Assembly (NCBI GenBank): GCA_963774935.1 | Contig: CAVZGO010000003.1 | Coordinates: 389,262-453,261, forward strand | Direction: 5' to 3' | DNA from: an uncultured Chloroflexia bacterium | Lineage (GTDB): Bacteria; Chloroflexota; Anaerolineae; Anaerolineales; UBA4823 | Length of the DNA stretch: 64,000 bases | In this document: positions 1 to 8,550 of the stretch, piece after piece | How positions within the stretch are numbered: the first letter of the stretch is position 1 | Layout of the letters: each line of letters opens with the position of its first letter | Position numbers and translations under genes: made by a program | The notes under the pieces: generated by a model | Databases searched by the model: none | The model's input: only the letters and a program-made list of their open reading frames with translations | What the model was told of the DNA's origin: nothing

Positions 1-52
1 TGAAACCATATTGGTAATCACTAATCTCATCCAACAATTTCGCATCACTCAT
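1..52 (-). CDS. sufB: Fe-S cluster assembly protein SufB, first 17 codons only (gene continues past window start)
   Basis: Minus-strand ATG at 52-50 is preceded by GGAGG. It translates MSDAKLLDEISDYQYGF, and the YxYGF motif is typical of SufB N-termini. It lies 58 nt downstream of sufC. Confidence 0.6.
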   Translation of the reverse strand, partial: MSDAKLLDEISDYQYGF

Positions 53-110
53 TGGGTACCTCCAAAATGAATCACCAACCAGGGACTGTGCATCCTACCT
101 ACCTGGATAT

Positions 111-887
111 CTAGACCGGAGATGCTTCGCCATTCTTCTCGCGCAGCCAATCGTATCCGTGCTCCTCCAAATGCAATGCCAACTCTGGTCCACCTGTCTC
201 AACTATTCTTCCATCCATCATGATGTGCACGTAATCTGGTTTAATGTAATTCAACATACGCTGGTAATGGGTGATCAGTAAAACACCTAATTCCGGTCCT
301 CGCAAAGCGTTTACTCCTTCAGAGACAATTCGCAATGCATCAATATCTAGCCCGGAATCAGTCTCATCCATGATCGCAATTTCAGGTGTCAAAACAGCCA
401 TTTGGAGCACCTCAGCTCGCTTCTTTTCACCCCCAGAAAAGCCCTCATTAAGATATCTACCTGCAAATGAATGATCCATTCTAAGCATATCCATCTTTTC
501 GCGTAAGAGCTTACGAAACTCTGGGATTGTGATACCCTTATCCTGAGGATTTTCCGCACGGCGGCGCGCATTCAAGGCTGTGCGCAAGAAATTAGCTAAT
601 GTAACGCCTGGAATAGCAATCGGATACTGAAAAGCCAGGAATAACCCTAGATGTGATCGCTGATCTGGTTCCAGGTCGACTACGTTTTGACCCTTAAACC
701 AGATCTCGCCATCCGTTATTTCGTAATTCGGATGCCCCATCAAAGTGTAAGCCAGGGTTGACTTTCCGGTGCCGTTCGGTCCCATAATTGCATGGACCTT
801 GCCTTGCTCAACCACCAGATTTACGCCTTTTAATATTTCACGATCTTCCACTTTGACATGCAGGTTTCGAATTACTAATTCGGACAT
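111..887 (-). CDS. sufC: Fe-S cluster assembly ATPase SufC
   Basis: 258-aa ORF with Walker A GPNGTGKST, ABC signature FSGGEKKR and Walker B ILDETDSGLD-like (AIMDETDSGLDID). The length and N-terminal LxIxNLHV pattern are typical of SufC. Confidence 0.9.
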   Translation of the reverse strand: MSELVIRNLHVKVEDREILKGVNLVVEQGKVHAIMGPNGTGKSTLAYTLMGHPNYEITDGEIWFKGQNVVDLEPDQRSHLGLFLAFQYPIAIPGVTLANFLRTALNARRRAENPQDKGITIPEFRKLLREKMDMLRMDHSFAGRYLNEGFSGGEKKRAEVLQMAVLTPEIAIMDETDSGLDIDALRIVSEGVNALRGPELGVLLITHYQRMLNYIKPDYVHIMMDGRIVETGGPELALHLEEHGYDWLREKNGEASPV

Positions 888-972
888 AGTGAATACTCCT
901 TCGGTTAAACAAGAGTAGGAAACGGATGTTGCTCCAAATAATTATGCAAGGGGATTTTCTTAAGACGGGGCA

Positions 973-1001
973 ATTATAGCAAGATATTCAATTTCTGTCA
1001 A
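973..1001 (-). promoter_or_regulatory. Consensus sigma70-type promoter TTGACA-17nt-TATAAT reading toward sufC
   Basis: Minus strand reads TTGACA (1001-996), a 17-nt spacer, then TATAAT (978-973), about 85 nt upstream of the sufC ATG. Confidence 0.5.
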
Positions 1002-1013
1002 TATTTAGTATAA
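1001..1013 (+). promoter_or_regulatory. 13-nt box ATATTTAGTATAA, copy 1 (candidate SufR operator abutting the sufC -35)
   Basis: Exact 13-nt repeat of the sequence at 2411-2423. It overlaps or abuts the -35 element. Confidence 0.3.
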
Positions 1014-1029
1014 ATATCTAATATATTAT

Positions 1030-1037
1030 TGATACAG
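1030..1037. repeat. Target-site duplication TGATACAG (left copy)
   Basis: Perfect 8-bp direct repeat of 2357-2364, immediately outside the IS terminal inverted repeats. Confidence 0.75.
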
Positions 1038-2356
1038 GTTGGTGTAACATTCTTTCTGTAAATTCATGAACCTTAACAAAAACGGTGAGTCAGAGGTATC
1101 CTAAATAGGCGACCAAACCAAACTAGGAGACTGAAATGACTCACCAAAATGATTATAACCTTTCTGCGGGAACGATTGAAGAGATCACCCGAAATGGACT
1201 GGATGCAGTCCCGGAGCTGATGCGGGTACTGCTGAACAACATCATGCAGGTTGAAAGATCCAGGTATCTGCAAGCTGGTGAATACGAGCGGACAGCAGAC
1301 CGGAAAGGGCACGCCAACGAGTACAAGCCAAAAACAGTCAGAACGCGACTGGGAGAGATCACGTTTGCCGTGCCTCAAGTCCGAGAAGGCGGGTTCTATC
1401 CATCGGCCTTAGAAAAAGGGCTGCGCAGCGAGCGAGCCCTGGTCACCACGCTGGCAGAGATGTATGTGCAGGGCGTATCCACCAGAAAAGTCAAGGCCAT
1501 TACTGAAGAGCTGTGCGGGATAGAAGTCTCTGCGATGCAGGTCAGCCGGGCAGCAGCTCAGCTAGACGCAGTATTGCAGGAATGGCGTGAACGACGGCTT
1601 GGGGAAATCACCTATCTGTATGTGGATGCCCGATACGAGAAGGTGAGAGAGGCTGGACAAGTACGCGATGCGGCTGTTTTGGTGGCTTCAGGCATCACGC
1701 CAGCGGGTGAAAGGCAGGTTTTAGGAGTTTCTGTGTCGCTCAGTGAGCATGAAACCCACTGGAAAGCCTTTCTGCAGGGGCTCAAGGATCGTGGCTTGAA
1801 AGGCGTGAAGTTAGTGATCAGCGACGATCATGCCGGTTTGGGAGCGGCCAGACGAGCGGTTTTAGGTAGCGTCCCGTGGCAACGCTGCCAGTTTCATCTG
1901 CAGCAGAATGCGGGTGCATATGTACCCAAGCAAGCCATGCGCATGGAAGTTGCAGCAGATATCCGGTCCATGTTCAATGCCCCGGATCGCAAGACCGCAG
2001 AAGCATTCTTGATGGCTGCAATCCAGAAATATGCTGTTTCAGCTCCAAAATTGTCAGCCTGGTTGGAAGAGAACCTGGCAGAAGGGTTTACAGTATTTGA
2101 CTTTCCACTCGAACATCGAAGGTTGATCCGAACAACGAACAGCCTGGAACGGATCAACAAAGAGATCCGCAGACGTACTCGGGTTGTGGGTGTCTTTCCA
2201 AACGAGGCTTCTTGTTTGAGATTGGTTTCCGCTTTGCTAATGGAGACCAGCGAAGAGTGGCAGATCGGGAAACGTTATTGTGCTGGCAAGTCATTAGATT
2301 GTTAAAGAACTATGGATATTTCTGACTCGAATTTACAGAAAATAGGTTGCGTAATC
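1038..2356 (+). mobile_element. IS256-family insertion sequence (1319 bp)
   Basis: Single transposase ORF with imperfect 28-bp terminal inverted repeats. The left repeat is GTTGGTGTAACATTCTTTCTGTAAATTC and the reverse complement of the right is GATTACGCAACCTATTTTCTGTAAATTC (20/28 identical, inner 13 bp perfect). An 8-bp TSD flanks the element. Confidence 0.85.
1136..2305 (+). CDS. IS256 family (mutator-type) transposase
   Basis: 389-aa ORF. The N-terminal LxELMRxLLNxxMxxER...YERTxxRxGxxNGY-like region, the MYVxGVSTRKV motif and the DxHxGL...CxxH central region are characteristic of IS256 transposases. Confidence 0.9.
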   Translation: MTHQNDYNLSAGTIEEITRNGLDAVPELMRVLLNNIMQVERSRYLQAGEYERTADRKGHANEYKPKTVRTRLGEITFAVPQVREGGFYPSALEKGLRSERALVTTLAEMYVQGVSTRKVKAITEELCGIEVSAMQVSRAAAQLDAVLQEWRERRLGEITYLYVDARYEKVREAGQVRDAAVLVASGITPAGERQVLGVSVSLSEHETHWKAFLQGLKDRGLKGVKLVISDDHAGLGAARRAVLGSVPWQRCQFHLQQNAGAYVPKQAMRMEVAADIRSMFNAPDRKTAEAFLMAAIQKYAVSAPKLSAWLEENLAEGFTVFDFPLEHRRLIRTTNSLERINKEIRRRTRVVGVFPNEASCLRLVSALLMETSEEWQIGKRYCAGKSLDC

Positions 2357-2364
2357 TGATACAG
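2357..2364. repeat. Target-site duplication TGATACAG (right copy)
   Basis: Perfect 8-bp direct repeat of 1030-1037. Confidence 0.75.
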
Positions 2365-2410
2365 AAACCTGATCATTTATATTTCCTGATTAATAATGGT
2401 TGACATGATA

Positions 2411-2423
2411 ATATTTAGTATAA
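2411..2423 (+). promoter_or_regulatory. 13-nt box ATATTTAGTATAA, copy 2 (candidate SufR operator)
   Basis: Exact repeat of 1001-1013. It lies just downstream of a TTGACA at 2400-2405 and upstream of the sufR promoter. Confidence 0.3.
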
Positions 2424-2435
2424 TAATCTTAAATA

Positions 2436-2464
2436 TTGACAAAAAAAACAGGGCATGCTATACT
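2436..2464 (+). promoter_or_regulatory. Sigma70-type promoter TTGACA-17nt-TATACT for the sufR-like gene
   Basis: TTGACA at 2436-2441, a 17-nt spacer, then TATACT at 2459-2464. The ATG is at 2503. Confidence 0.45.
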
Positions 2465-2502
2465 GCTTTATCACATTGAACGAAGGAAAGAAAAGGGTAT
2501 AG

Positions 2503-3156
2503 ATGCAAGGTTTAGGATTCAACGAGAATGCCAGAACCACTCGCGAAAAGGTTCTTCGCACTCTGCTAACCAACCAGCGCTGCACTATTAACGAAATTGC
2601 AGATTCTGTCGAAATTAACCCAATATCGGTGCGCCATCACATTACAAAACTGCAAGCAGATGGTTTGGTTGATTCCGAAGAGGAACGGCATGGTGTTGGT
2701 CGCCCGAGACGGGTCTATTTCTTAACCGAGTCAGGTCGCGAACATTTCCCCACCAGATATTTACGGCTGACCCTTCGGTTATTGGAGCAGTTAAAGGAAA
2801 CAGTTCCCGCGCCAATTGTCAACCAGTTATTCACTCAAATGGCGCATGATCTGACTTCAGAATATGAAACCCACCTGGCAAATTTTTCTTTTGAACAACG
2901 GCTCGACTTGACGAAGAAACTATTGGTCACGGAAGGGTTTGCTGTAGACTGGGAGCGTAAAGGTGACCATTATCAGATTCGTGAAACAAACTGTCCCTAC
3001 TATCATATTGGCCAGGATCATCCCGAAGTATGTTCGGTAGACCAAACTCTCATCTCCACAATGTTGTCTGTACCTGCAGAAAAAATCCAATGTATGCTGA
3101 ACGGCGATGCGCATTGCACCTACCTGATACCAGTAAACACAATAATAAAGGCTTAA
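2503..3156 (+). CDS. sufR: SufR-like winged-helix transcriptional regulator with C-terminal Cys cluster
   Basis: The N-terminal wHTH region (INEIADSVEINPISVRHHITKLQADGLV) is followed by a C-terminal region with four Cys (CPYY...HPEVC...C...HCTYLI). The gene is divergent from sufCB, as in cyanobacterial sufR. Confidence 0.6.
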   Translation: MQGLGFNENARTTREKVLRTLLTNQRCTINEIADSVEINPISVRHHITKLQADGLVDSEEERHGVGRPRRVYFLTESGREHFPTRYLRLTLRLLEQLKETVPAPIVNQLFTQMAHDLTSEYETHLANFSFEQRLDLTKKLLVTEGFAVDWERKGDHYQIRETNCPYYHIGQDHPEVCSVDQTLISTMLSVPAEKIQCMLNGDAHCTYLIPVNTIIKA

Positions 3157-3159
3157 AAT

Positions 3160-3504
3160 ATGTCCCAAACCACCCATCCTAAAGTAGTATGGCAGGCCGA
3201 GGCAACACATCCAGATCTGGTTGAGCCGTTTAAAACTGCCATGCGAGAGGTAGTAGATCCCGAGATCGGATTAAACATTATCGAATTGGGTCTGGTACGA
3301 GATTTGAAGGTGGAGGACGACAAAGCCGAAATCACCATGATCTTAACAACTCCATTCTGTCCGTATGGACCCGCGATGCTTGAGATGACGCGGCAAAAGG
3401 CGGAAAATTTCCTGCAACTTCCGACCACTATCGATATGGGTATGGAAATGTGGGATTTCTCCATGATGGAAGAAGGACAGGGCGGGGACTGGGGATTATA
3501 TTAA
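3160..3504 (+). CDS. DUF59 / SufT-like Fe-S assembly protein
   Basis: EVVDPEIGLNIIELGLV and TTPFCPYG are the DUF59 (MIP18/SufT) hallmarks. The start is 4 nt after the sufR stop. Confidence 0.7.
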   Translation: MSQTTHPKVVWQAEATHPDLVEPFKTAMREVVDPEIGLNIIELGLVRDLKVEDDKAEITMILTTPFCPYGPAMLEMTRQKAENFLQLPTTIDMGMEMWDFSMMEEGQGGDWGLY

Positions 3505-3538
3505 TTTAGAATTTTGAAATTTTATAGATTTTTTAGCA

Positions 3539-3581
3539 GGGCGGCTTGAGCTTTAAGCTCATATTTACGCCCATTTTTTTT
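3539..3581 (+). terminator. Rho-independent terminator after the sufR-DUF59 operon
   Basis: GGGCG...CGCCC stem with an inner GAGC/GCTC pairing, followed by T8 (3574-3581). Confidence 0.6.
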
Positions 3582-3674
3582 AATCCTTGGTAACATAATC
3601 AATAATAATTCTTTTATAATTCTAAATGATCTAATTCTTTAAACCACCCAAAATAGGGGGATAAAATCCTGACT

Positions 3675-5078
3675 ATGAGACGAGAAGATGGTGAAATTTA
3701 TTATCAGGCTCTCGCACAAGCCAGGTTAAATCTGAAACTGGGGATCAACTCCGAAGCGCGGTATTGGGCTCACAGAGCCTTAGCAATCTGCCCGCACTGC
3801 GAAGATCCCTGGCTATTGCTTGCAGCGGTTGGAAGCCCGCGCGCAAGTCTGGATTACCTGGAAGAAGCACTGCGAATTCATCCTGAGAGCCGGCGCGCTC
3901 AACAAGGCATCCTCTGGGCACGCAACCGGTTAATTCAAAGCGCCAGCCCGACTCAAGCCAACATCTATTCTCTAGAGGTCAGGAGCACCAACCTGGTCCT
4001 CAAACCCTCCGTCTATATTCGCCAAAATGAATTTCCACGAACTTACCGGTTACGAAGGTTATCAGCAGGCGCTCTCGCCTTGATAATCATTCTGTCCCTG
4101 CTAATTGGATGGCTATATTTGCCGAAGCTCCACGGTGGTGAGCTTGATTCGCAGGTGGGGATCTTTCTCGACGAGGGCAATACCGTAGAATATCCTACTG
4201 ACAGTTCAACTGTCCCACAGGCAATGGTCGAAACGGGCTTCCAGAATGAGTATTATCTCGATCCCATTTTTCGAAGCTTCTACCTTTTCTTAGGTGGTGA
4301 AGGTGTCCTTGGGAAAGTCATCTCTGATGCTAAGATCGTCGATGGAGTTACCCTTCAGTACACCGAAAATTGCCTGATGGTTTTTGATCTCTCCCAGCCT
4401 GAGACTTCACGCTTCCAGTTAAGCCCCCTGGGCAGGCAGTTAGGTTTTGGCTGGAAGGATGGAGACCCTGCTACAGTTGGTGTACCATTTCGTGAGTTGT
4501 ACGATCATTTAGGAGGTCAAGGATTTGTCGGTAAACCGATAACTGGTATGTTCTACAATCAGGAGAAAAACCGCTATGAACAATATTTTGAGAATTTAGG
4601 TTTTTACCTGGGTGAAGATAGCGGGATGGTCGTTCACTTGCTTCCCTATGGCGCCTGGATGTGCGGATACGATTGCCGGGTGGAAGGCTTAAGTAATGCA
4701 ATTGTTTCAATGCCAACTCTAAGCGCCGAACCCACCTGGACGGAAAATAATCAACAACAAGGACAATCTGAAATCGTAATCCAGGTCCAAACAATGAACT
4801 ATGTAACCCCCCAACAAAAACCATTGGTTGCTGCTAACATTCAAGAAAATGGACAACCCCTCGAAGGTAAATCCCTTCAAGCTACAATTATATTGCCTGA
4901 TGGCAACCAGTCATTGATGTGGATGCCTCCGACAGACCAATCGGGTACAACCCGATTAGAAATCGAACCAATTGATTCTCCAATTGGCAGTATCATTCAA
5001 CTCAAAATTTGTTATCCTGAGAATAATTTTCATCGATTTTGCGCAACAAAAGAATTTATGATTTGGAGTAATCCATAA
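3675..5078 (+). CDS. Membrane-anchored envelope protein: N-terminal TPR-like module, one TM, extracytoplasmic domain with LGFP-like repeats
   Basis: 467 aa with a TM segment at LSAGALALIIILSLLIGWLYL. Two repeats match the pattern F..LGG...LGKxI...QYxEN. The N-terminus is paralogous to the 5963-7072 product. Confidence 0.5.
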   Translation: MRREDGEIYYQALAQARLNLKLGINSEARYWAHRALAICPHCEDPWLLLAAVGSPRASLDYLEEALRIHPESRRAQQGILWARNRLIQSASPTQANIYSLEVRSTNLVLKPSVYIRQNEFPRTYRLRRLSAGALALIIILSLLIGWLYLPKLHGGELDSQVGIFLDEGNTVEYPTDSSTVPQAMVETGFQNEYYLDPIFRSFYLFLGGEGVLGKVISDAKIVDGVTLQYTENCLMVFDLSQPETSRFQLSPLGRQLGFGWKDGDPATVGVPFRELYDHLGGQGFVGKPITGMFYNQEKNRYEQYFENLGFYLGEDSGMVVHLLPYGAWMCGYDCRVEGLSNAIVSMPTLSAEPTWTENNQQQGQSEIVIQVQTMNYVTPQQKPLVAANIQENGQPLEGKSLQATIILPDGNQSLMWMPPTDQSGTTRLEIEPIDSPIGSIIQLKICYPENNFHRFCATKEFMIWSNP

Positions 5079-5171
5079 ACGACGACCATCAGTATCTCCA
5101 CTCATGAATAATCAAATCTGAGAAATTTAATCCACCATCTGGCATGAAAATTGTATTAAAATACAATCATC

Positions 5172-5966
5172 ATGACCTCAACGAACTCTTCTCCTGATAC
5201 ATCGAAATTCACGACAAGTAGACAATCCTTCAGGACATTGATTAGCAACCTGGGAATTGTCGTTTTGGTTGGATTTGTTCTGGCAACATTGTTCACTTTA
5301 TGGACACCAGGCGAGTCTACTAACCAAACAAACCTTCAGTCCCTGGTTTTTTCTCCTTTACCCACTCCTCTGCCAACATCGGGACCTACACCCACCGCGC
5401 GCACGACACCGTTAATCGGTATCGTATCCGGTCACTGGGGACATGATCCGGGATCTGTTTGTGATGATGGGTTGACAGAGGCGGAAGTAAATTTGACTAT
5501 TGCAACAATGGTACAGAAAAAATTTAACGACCTCGGCTACGATGTCGAAATACTAAAGGAATTCGACCCTCGATTACGGAATTACCAGGCAACGGTTCTC
5601 GTCTCAATACACAATGATTCATGTACATACATCAATCCACAAGCCACTGGTTTTAAAGTAGCTGCTGCGCAGGCAAGCCCGGATCCAATACGCGCCACTC
5701 AACTAACATCCTGCTTGCGCTCGAGGTATGGCCAGGTGACAGGATTACCTTTGCACAGCACCAGTGTAACAATCGATATGACCGATTATCATGCATTCGA
5801 TGAAATCGCAAATGACACCACCGCAGCGATTATCGAAACCGGTTTTCTTAACCTCGATCGACAATTTTTAACCAGCCAACCCGATGTCGTCGCTCAAGGC
5901 ATAGTCGATGGCATCCTCTGCTTCCTACATAACGAAACCCTCGCAACCCCTTCAGCAGCACCATGA
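5172..5966 (+). CDS. N-acetylmuramoyl-L-alanine amidase (Amidase_3 family), membrane anchored
   Basis: N-terminal TM segment. Motifs are GIVSGHWGHDPG, EAEVNL, VLVSIHNDS and IIETGFLNL, the zinc-amidase AmiC/CwlD-type pattern. Confidence 0.75.
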   Translation: MTSTNSSPDTSKFTTSRQSFRTLISNLGIVVLVGFVLATLFTLWTPGESTNQTNLQSLVFSPLPTPLPTSGPTPTARTTPLIGIVSGHWGHDPGSVCDDGLTEAEVNLTIATMVQKKFNDLGYDVEILKEFDPRLRNYQATVLVSIHNDSCTYINPQATGFKVAAAQASPDPIRATQLTSCLRSRYGQVTGLPLHSTSVTIDMTDYHAFDEIANDTTAAIIETGFLNLDRQFLTSQPDVVAQGIVDGILCFLHNETLATPSAAP

Positions 5967-7072
5967 TTGACGGGACAGCTTCCTCATATCGCCAGGTCAT
6001 CGAGCAAGCCCGCAAAGCCCTGCGCTCAGGCGATTATCCAGCAGCACGTTATTGGGCTCAACAAGCTATCGGGATCCAGCCAGATAAGGAAGATCCATGG
6101 CTAATCATGGCAGTGGTCGCCAGCCCGCGTGCGAGTATTGAATATCTTCAAAAAGCACTCCAAATAAATCCGCAAAGTAAACGCGCCAGGCACGGGCTTG
6201 AATGGGCACAAAAACGACTGGAGGCTCAACAGACAGCTCCATCGTTATCAGCAACTGATGATTCTAAAACTTCTTCAATACTGGCAGAGACCCAACCGGT
6301 TAAGGCCGTTACCGTCTTAAAATCTCGTCAGATTTCTCCCGAGGCGATTGACAGACAACGATCATCCACTTTACCGTGGATTTTTGCGATCTGTCTCATT
6401 GTGCTAGCGATTATTTCCTGGTTTGGCTTTTCGGTTGTTTCTGCAGCGAAAGAATCTGATCAACTAAATGCTATTGCACAGAACATTGAAAAAGCAACCC
6501 TGACATACACACCAACCGCTACCTCAACCAACACGCCTACACCGACAGAAACACAGACTCCCAGTCCAACAGCAACCAACACTGCTACTTCAACTCCGAC
6601 TGAGACCCCGTTGCCTACCGATACTCCCACCCTGGAGCCACCTACCGAAGCGCCACCAGCAGTTATTGAACCAGTTATTGGTCCTGATGGACCTTTTAGC
6701 ATGCCGGATATCCAGCCTGGCGAGCATTGGGTAGATGTCGACCTTTCTCAACAAATGGTGTTTGCATATGAAGGTAACCAGCTTGTGAATAGCTTCCTGG
6801 TTTCCACAGGTCGAAAACCAACTCCAACAGTTACTGGAACCTTCCGAGTTTATGTGAAATATCGTTATGCTGATATGACCGGCCCTGGCTATAATCTCCC
6901 AGATGTGCCCTACGTAATGTATTTCTACAAAGGTTACGGTCTTCATGGAACATATTGGCATAATAATTTCGGTCATCCGATGAGTCACGGGTGTGTAAAT
7001 TTTCGGACCGAGGACGCGAAGTGGATTTATAATTGGATGAGCGTAGGATCAATCGTTAATGTACACCGCTAA
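5963..7072 (+). CDS. L,D-transpeptidase (YkuD domain) with N-terminal TPR-like module, TM and Thr/Pro linker
   Basis: The C-terminus carries the YkuD catalytic motif (HGTYWHNNFGHPMSHGCVNF). The linker is Thr/Pro-rich (TPTATSTNTPTPTETQTPSPT...). The start overlaps the upstream stop (ATGA). Confidence 0.85.
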   Translation: MIDGTASSYRQVIEQARKALRSGDYPAARYWAQQAIGIQPDKEDPWLIMAVVASPRASIEYLQKALQINPQSKRARHGLEWAQKRLEAQQTAPSLSATDDSKTSSILAETQPVKAVTVLKSRQISPEAIDRQRSSTLPWIFAICLIVLAIISWFGFSVVSAAKESDQLNAIAQNIEKATLTYTPTATSTNTPTPTETQTPSPTATNTATSTPTETPLPTDTPTLEPPTEAPPAVIEPVIGPDGPFSMPDIQPGEHWVDVDLSQQMVFAYEGNQLVNSFLVSTGRKPTPTVTGTFRVYVKYRYADMTGPGYNLPDVPYVMYFYKGYGLHGTYWHNNFGHPMSHGCVNFRTEDAKWIYNWMSVGSIVNVHR

Positions 7073-7097
7073 TTTGTAAATTCAATCGGAACAGAAA

Positions 7098-7517
7098 ATG
7101 ACTCGTAAAGCGATTTTTGAAGGTTTAGTGATTGACGAGCTCGATCGTCCTGTACCAGTAGTCTACATCGGAGATGATCCCTGTTATGTAGTAGATGATT
7201 CTGGTTTTCGGAGACATATTCCATCTGATCATGTCGATCGCCAGGTACTCGACGAGATGCGAAATCAGATCACCGGACACGAAGATATGATTGGTGAACA
7301 AGCTGCTAAGATGATGGGGCAAGATGATATTTTTTCACGAGCAATGATTATGGCTCAATTAAAAAATATTGATGGTCAGATGGACCAGTTATTCGAGACG
7401 GGGATTCCAGAGGACGCTCGTGCTTATATGGGGATGATGGGCTTTCGTATCCGGATCGATCTGCATGGCGATGTACTCGAAATTGAGCAGCCTGGCGTCA
7501 TTGATGAGGGTGAGTAG
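7098..7517 (+). CDS. Hypothetical acidic cytoplasmic protein (139 aa)
   Basis: Clean ORF 25 nt after the transpeptidase gene. No family recognised. Confidence 0.45.
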   Translation: MTRKAIFEGLVIDELDRPVPVVYIGDDPCYVVDDSGFRRHIPSDHVDRQVLDEMRNQITGHEDMIGEQAAKMMGQDDIFSRAMIMAQLKNIDGQMDQLFETGIPEDARAYMGMMGFRIRIDLHGDVLEIEQPGVIDEGE

Positions 7518-7640
7518 TATCCCTTACTAATTTTCCATTGCCAATCTTTACTTCCAAATATCGGTGTTTGAGTTTTTATATCATTCTTATATTGAATTGG
7601 TAAAATTCAATAGTTGTAGTGGTATTGGATTAAAATAAAC

Positions 7641-8486
7641 ATGGAGGAACCTATGATGGCCTCAGATTTTATAATTGATGTTAATGAATCGGACTTTGAG
7701 CTTCAGGTGATTGCTTACTCTGAGCAAAGCCCGGTATTAGTTGATTTTTGGGCTGAGTGGTGTGCACCTTGCCGAATTTTAGGCCCGATCCTTGAAAAGC
7801 TGACCAATGAAGCGCAAGGAAGTTTTAGGATGGCGCGAGTAAATGTTGACGAAAACCCGAATCTTGCTCGCCGATATCAGGTTAGAAGTATTCCTGCCGT
7901 GAAAGTGTTTAGTAATGGAAGGATGGATTCTGAGTTTGTCGGTGTACAGCCTGAGCACAAAATTCGTGAATTCATCAAGGCTTTTGCTCCCAGCCAAAGC
8001 GATCTTGACTTAGAGAAAGGGATTAGTTTACTCAAGCTCGGTCAACCTTTGGCGGCTGAAGGCGCTTTTCGGCAGGTATTAGAAGTCAATCCGGATCAAC
8101 CGTCTGCATTACTTGGATTAGCCAGGAGTCTTGTCCTGCTTGGTGATGTTGGTGAAAGCCTGCTAATTCTTCAGCAGTTCCCTGAGAGCAGGGAATTTTC
8201 CAGCGCCCAAACTTTACTGCCGCTTGTAGAGGCGCTATCTTCTTTCGACCCAAATGCTGTGAATACAGATAATGCACTGGATGCTGCCTATGCACAAGCT
8301 ATTCGTTTAGCAAAACGCGGGAATTATGAAGCCGCACTGGACGGCATGTTAGACATTCTACGACAGGATAAGCGATTTAAAGAAGGTGGGGTTCGAAAAG
8401 TGATCGTAGCACTATTCGAGCTTTTAGGTGAAGAAAGCCCGATTACTCAGGAATATCGTAGTGAACTGGCTTCGGTGCTGTTCTAG
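7641..8486 (+). CDS. Thioredoxin-domain protein with C-terminal TPR region (YbbN/CnoX-like)
   Basis: WAEWCAPCR active site in a thioredoxin fold, followed by about 160 aa of TPR-like helices. Confidence 0.8.
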   Translation: MEEPMMASDFIIDVNESDFELQVIAYSEQSPVLVDFWAEWCAPCRILGPILEKLTNEAQGSFRMARVNVDENPNLARRYQVRSIPAVKVFSNGRMDSEFVGVQPEHKIREFIKAFAPSQSDLDLEKGISLLKLGQPLAAEGAFRQVLEVNPDQPSALLGLARSLVLLGDVGESLLILQQFPESREFSSAQTLLPLVEALSSFDPNAVNTDNALDAAYAQAIRLAKRGNYEAALDGMLDILRQDKRFKEGGVRKVIVALFELLGEESPITQEYRSELASVLF

Positions 8487-8510
8487 TTGATAACCTTTAA
8501 TTAAACAGAC

Positions 8511-8550
8511 GGAGCACTGGTTTGGAAATTCCAAGCCAGTGCTCCGTTTT
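8511..8550. terminator. Bidirectional rho-independent terminator
   Basis: 15-bp stem GGAGCACTGGTTTGG / CCAAGCCAGTGCTCC (14/15 paired) with loop AAATT. It is followed by GTTTT on the plus strand and preceded by a T-rich tract on the minus strand. Confidence 0.7.

Noticed and set aside
6500-6660. Possible tandem DNA repeat / contingency locus in the L,D-transpeptidase gene
   Set aside because: The Thr/Pro-rich linker is repetitive only at the amino-acid level. No exact nucleotide repeat unit is visible.
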